A stretch of 64,000 bases of DNA from Gloeobacterales cyanobacterium (GTDB taxonomy: Bacteria > Cyanobacteriota > Cyanobacteriia > Gloeobacterales > PMM-0068). The translations under genes were made by a program, and so were the position numbers. Positions 60,180 through 64,000 of the stretch are shown here, one piece after another; position 1 is the stretch's first letter; the number at the start of each line of letters is the position of its first letter. The notes under the pieces are model-generated. The model was not told the DNA's origin and did no database searches. It saw nothing but the letters and a program-made list of their open reading frames with translations. The stretch lies in NCBI GenBank assembly GCA_038245785.1, contig JBBRSB010000001.1:64001-128000 (forward strand), in the 5' to 3' direction.

Positions 60180-61358
60180 ATGCTCAACCCAGATCTTGCA
60201 ACCATTAATTTGACGCCCGATGATTACGAGCGTTACTCTCGCCACCTGATTCTTCCAGAAGTGGGTGTGGATGGACAGAAGAAACTGAAAGCCGCTTCTG
60301 TTCTGTGTGTCGGTACCGGAGGACTTGGTTCTCCCCTGGCTCTGTATTTGGCAGCAGCGGGTATTGGACGGATTGGTCTCGTCGATTTTGATGTGGTAGA
60401 CCGTTCGAATCTTCAACGCCAGATTATTCATGGCGAAGAATGGGTTGGCAAACCCAAAGTTCAGTCAGCCGCCCATCGAATTAAGAGCATCAATCCCTAT
60501 ATCCAAGTGGACATTCACGAAGTTCCGTTTACTTCTGAGAATGCTCTGGAAATCGGCAAAGATTATGACCTGATTATTGATGGAACGGATAATTTCCCGA
60601 CCCGCTATTTGGTCAACGACGCCTGTGTTCTTTTAGGCAAGCCGAACGTCTATGGTTCTATCTTCCGTTTTGAAGGTCAGGCCACGGTCTTCCACTACGA
60701 GGATGGTCCTTGCTATCGCTGTCTTTATCCAGAACCACCGCCTCCAGGATTAGTCCCTAGCTGTGCGGAAGGCGGGGTCTTGGGCATTCTGCCTGGCATG
60801 ATTGGCGTTATCCAAGCCACGGAAGCGGTCAAAATCATCCTTGGCGTTGGCACGACCCTTAAAGGTCGCCTGATGCTCTATGATTCCTTGAAGATGCAGT
60901 TCCGGGAACTTAAGCTCCGGCGCAATCCCGAATGCCCTGTGTGCGGTGACCACCCAACGGTGACCAAGCTGATCGACTATCAAGAGTTCTGTGGTATTCC
61001 CCAAGCTGAAGCAGAGGAAAAAGCAATGGCGATTCCTGAAATCACGGTTAAAGAGTTAGCGGCTAAGTTAGATCAACCTGGCGTTGTCCTGATTGATGTG
61101 CGCAATCCCAATGAGTTTGAAATTGGGCGTATTCCTGGTTCTGTCTTGATTCCTTTGTCAGAGATTGAGGATGGTCAGGGCGTAGCAAAGGTGAAAGAAC
61201 TGGCAGACGGCAAAGAGCTTTATGTCCACTGCAAGATGGGCGGACGTTCAGCCAAAGCCTTACAGGTTCTCGCTGAAAAAGGCGTCCATGGAACGAATGT
61301 CAAAGGCGGCATTAATGCTTGGTCTGAAGAAGTAGATTCTTCTGTGCCGAAGTATTAA
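60180..61358 (+). CDS. moeB: MoeB/MoeZ adenylyltransferase with rhodanese domain
   Basis: RYSRH, GTGGLG, SNLQRQ, CYRC, HCKMGGRS. Confidence 0.93.
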   Translation: MLNPDLATINLTPDDYERYSRHLILPEVGVDGQKKLKAASVLCVGTGGLGSPLALYLAAAGIGRIGLVDFDVVDRSNLQRQIIHGEEWVGKPKVQSAAHRIKSINPYIQVDIHEVPFTSENALEIGKDYDLIIDGTDNFPTRYLVNDACVLLGKPNVYGSIFRFEGQATVFHYEDGPCYRCLYPEPPPPGLVPSCAEGGVLGILPGMIGVIQATEAVKIILGVGTTLKGRLMLYDSLKMQFRELKLRRNPECPVCGDHPTVTKLIDYQEFCGIPQAEAEEKAMAIPEITVKELAAKLDQPGVVLIDVRNPNEFEIGRIPGSVLIPLSEIEDGQGVAKVKELADGKELYVHCKMGGRSAKALQVLAEKGVHGTNVKGGINAWSEEVDSSVPKY

Positions 61359-61403
61359 GTGACTCCTAGCCTCCCGTAGAGAAGCTAACTCCTAGGGCAA
61401 GAA

Positions 61404-61450
61404 GGACGGCGATAGCCGGGGGATTACGTTCGCTTTAATTAAGCCTACCC
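61404..61450 (+). repeat. Dispersed intergenic repeat, copy 2
   Basis: GGACGGCGATAGCCGGGGG...TTAAGCCTACCC. Confidence 0.7.
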
Positions 61451-62131
61451 AACTCAATATCGCTCAATGTAGGGCCTGATTCGTAACACCATAGGGCTTC
61501 AACTTTCAGATACCAAAAAATCAGCATCCGCGTCTCTGGTTGGAGAAACCTCCTTGCGGGATTACCTGGCGAAGTATGGCATGCAGATAGCTCCCTTATT
61601 TCCAGATTTAGCCCAAGAGTTAAAAAGATTTCCTAGGCCATCAAATAGTTAGCTAAAGCATTGATTACGGTTACCTTGCGCCTAATCTAATTCCTGCAGG
61701 GCTGAGCGTATAGCTATAAGTCAGTTGCAGCCTAACGCAAATTTAAGAATGCAAACTATTCACGTAAGTGGATTTACTAGAATTTTTCCATTGCGGAACT
61801 TTTTGTTTAAGAGAACATCATGAGTGAAATCCTAAAGAGTCATGTTCATCAAGTAACAAATAAATATTGCTTGAAGTAGCTCCAAATATAATCTACTTCA
61901 ATGGGTAGAGCTTTGATGGTCTTCTAGATCTCAGTTTTCCCACCACAGCCTTTTTCAAGCATAGCTCCGTGAAGGCCAAGTCTTATGATTTTAGACCCTG
62001 TTTCCTAAGTGTAAAGACACTTAAAAACACGTAAAAACACGCAGATAACTAATTGGTGAAAGTAGATAGTTTACTAAGTGCTGTGCTTGAGCATCGATCG
62101 AACGTTAGTCTTAACCTCTCAATAATATTCT

Positions 62132-63148
62132 ATGAAAAACACCGTAGCTGCAGTGGTTGTCACGTTTAATCGGAAACAACTCCTTTCAGAATGTTTGGAT
62201 GCTCTGCTATCACAAACATATGCTCTAAACAAGATCATCTTGATTGACAATGCTTCTACGGACGGAACCTATAAATTCTTACGAGAGAAAGGCTATTTAG
62301 ATAACTCTTTGATTAATTATATTTGTTTGTCTGAGAATACAGGAGGCGCGGGGGGCTTTCATGAGGGTGCAAGGAGGGCCTACGAAGATGGCTATGAGTG
62401 GATTTGGTTAATGGACGACGATGCTGAACCTCAGTTCGATGCCCTGGAAAAGTTGGCGCAACACTTCGGCCGCGATAAGAACACTGCCTTGGCCTCTACC
62501 GTTATGACCTCGGGACTCATTGCCTGCGAACATAGAGGACTGATTGATTTTCAAAAAGTTTTTCCCACGCTCCAAACACCTTTGCCCATCGGTTCTTACC
62601 AACAGAAGATTGTAGAAATTGATATGGCTTCCTTCGTCGGTATTTTGGTAAACAGACAGATCATTGACAAGATAGGACTGCCAAGAAAAGAGTTTTTTAT
62701 CTATCATGACGATACGGAGTACTGTATTCGCCTAAGGCAAATAGGAAAGATTTTCCTTATTACAGATAGTATTATTTTTCATAAATCTGAATCTGAAAAG
62801 TTAAGAAAAAAGGTGGACTTTCAGGGTGTTAAATTCTCAATGAATCCCCATGATAAGCTATGGTTTGAATATTTTGAAAGACGGAACTTGGTTTGGCTAG
62901 GTATAGTCCATGGAAAAAAAAGACTAGCCTTTTATCTGGGTCTTCTTTTCTATTATTTTAGAAGTCTTCTTAAAATAATTCTTTTTGCTGACTTTAAGCT
63001 TAAGCGCGCTGATTTGTTAACAGCCTCATACTATGATGGCTTAAAAGGAAACTTTGGCAAAAATACTAAGCCAAAAGAAATCTTGTCCGACGAAGGTTTT
63101 AAAAAAAATCAACTACATGTTCAAACGCTTCAAGATTATGAATCCTAA
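62132..63148 (+). CDS. GT2 glycosyltransferase
   Basis: VVVTFNR, IDNASTD, NTGGAGGF, WLMDDD, DDTEY. Confidence 0.92.
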   Translation: MKNTVAAVVVTFNRKQLLSECLDALLSQTYALNKIILIDNASTDGTYKFLREKGYLDNSLINYICLSENTGGAGGFHEGARRAYEDGYEWIWLMDDDAEPQFDALEKLAQHFGRDKNTALASTVMTSGLIACEHRGLIDFQKVFPTLQTPLPIGSYQQKIVEIDMASFVGILVNRQIIDKIGLPRKEFFIYHDDTEYCIRLRQIGKIFLITDSIIFHKSESEKLRKKVDFQGVKFSMNPHDKLWFEYFERRNLVWLGIVHGKKRLAFYLGLLFYYFRSLLKIILFADFKLKRADLLTASYYDGLKGNFGKNTKPKEILSDEGFKKNQLHVQTLQDYES

Positions 63149-64000
63149 ACAGGAATCAAGAGGTGGTAACACAAAGACTATCCAGTTACTCCTTCCCTTC
63201 TTTAAAGACTATCCCTGGCTCATTCCTAGCATTGTCATCCTTGGGACCCTATCCTCTTTGTGCGAAGGGATTGGGCTGGGCTTATTCATACCATTCATCC
63301 AAAGTTTGAGCAGAACTGAAATCCATACCACGGGGAATCGTTTCATTGACTTTGGGAATGGTTTGTTTTCTCACGTTGCTTTGGAGTATCGTCTTCCCCT
63401 GATTGGCCTCTGTATCTTCGGCAGCATTGTCCTCAAAAATGCTTTAAGTTATGGCAACTTGATGCTCTTTTCCTGGTTCAACGGCTGTATTGAAGATCAA
63501 TTGCGTTCCAAAGTTCACCAGCAAATTTTGGACCTGGCGGGTGAATTTATAGAACTGATTCCATCCGGGAAACTGATCAACATGCTGGATGGTGAAACGG
63601 CGCATACAGGGCGCTCTTTGGGCATTTTGGTTAGCCTAATCGTTTGTGTTTGTACGATTGCCGTCTTTACGCTGCTCCTCTTGCTCATCTCCTGGCCGTT
63701 AACGTTGGTCGTAGGAGGATTCATGGCCCTGATCTCCTGGTCAATTCAACTGGTTAAAGGCCGCGTACAGAAGCTAGGAAAAAAAGCGGCTGAGACCAGA
63801 AATACTCTTGCTATACAAATGTTGGAGAACTTGTCGGGACTGAGCGTGATTCGTTCTTTCACCCGAGAAAGAAGCGAACAACAATGTTTTGACGCTAATT
63901 CTCAAAATGTTCGCAATGCGGCTTTTCAGCTAAAAGCGTTAGCCAGTGTTGTAACCCCGCTCTCAGAGATTCTTGCCACTGCTTTGCTGGCAGCGGTACT
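63138..64000 (+). CDS. ABC exporter, fused permease/ATPase type, 5' part only
   Basis: Open frame from ATG 63138: MNPKQES...LSSLCEGIGLGLFIP..., with TM segments, to the window end. Confidence 0.8.
   Translation, partial: MNPKQESRGGNTKTIQLLLPFFKDYPWLIPSIVILGTLSSLCEGIGLGLFIPFIQSLSRTEIHTTGNRFIDFGNGLFSHVALEYRLPLIGLCIFGSIVLKNALSYGNLMLFSWFNGCIEDQLRSKVHQQILDLAGEFIELIPSGKLINMLDGETAHTGRSLGILVSLIVCVCTIAVFTLLLLLISWPLTLVVGGFMALISWSIQLVKGRVQKLGKKAAETRNTLAIQMLENLSGLSVIRSFTRERSEQQCFDANSQNVRNAAFQLKALASVVTPLSEILATALLAAV

Noticed and set aside
1..64000. CRISPR array, rRNA or tRNA genes
   Set aside because: No regularly spaced repeats or recognisable structural-RNA signatures seen by eye

Overview
Chromosomal window from a cyanobacterium. 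The PsaD sequence points to an early-branching Gloeobacterales-type lineage (inference). Most of it is housekeeping: hom, desC, psaD, psaE, amt, ubiA, lon, ftsH, hrcA, ruvB, tldD, rplU, rpmA, thiG, purQ, mutM, nadB, nadA, moeB. Four regions stand out. (1) A compact biosynthetic locus at 28.7-32.1 kb: a DarB/StlD-type ketosynthase fused to a heme-oxygenase-like diiron domain, a translationally coupled unknown gene and a divergent Coq4-like gene. (2) A candidate translation-stress module at 21.3-22.6 kb: a promoter overlapped by TGTA(A/G)TAT repeats, a 63-codon leader ORF, a strong terminator, then HNH nuclease and alr0857-like genes. (3) A decayed integron-cassette region at 35.2-37.2 kb with a well-formed attC site and broken cassette genes but no integrase. 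(4) Scattered toxin-antitoxin debris. I saw no rRNA, tRNA or CRISPR array. Family calls come from motif recognition by eye; no searches were run.
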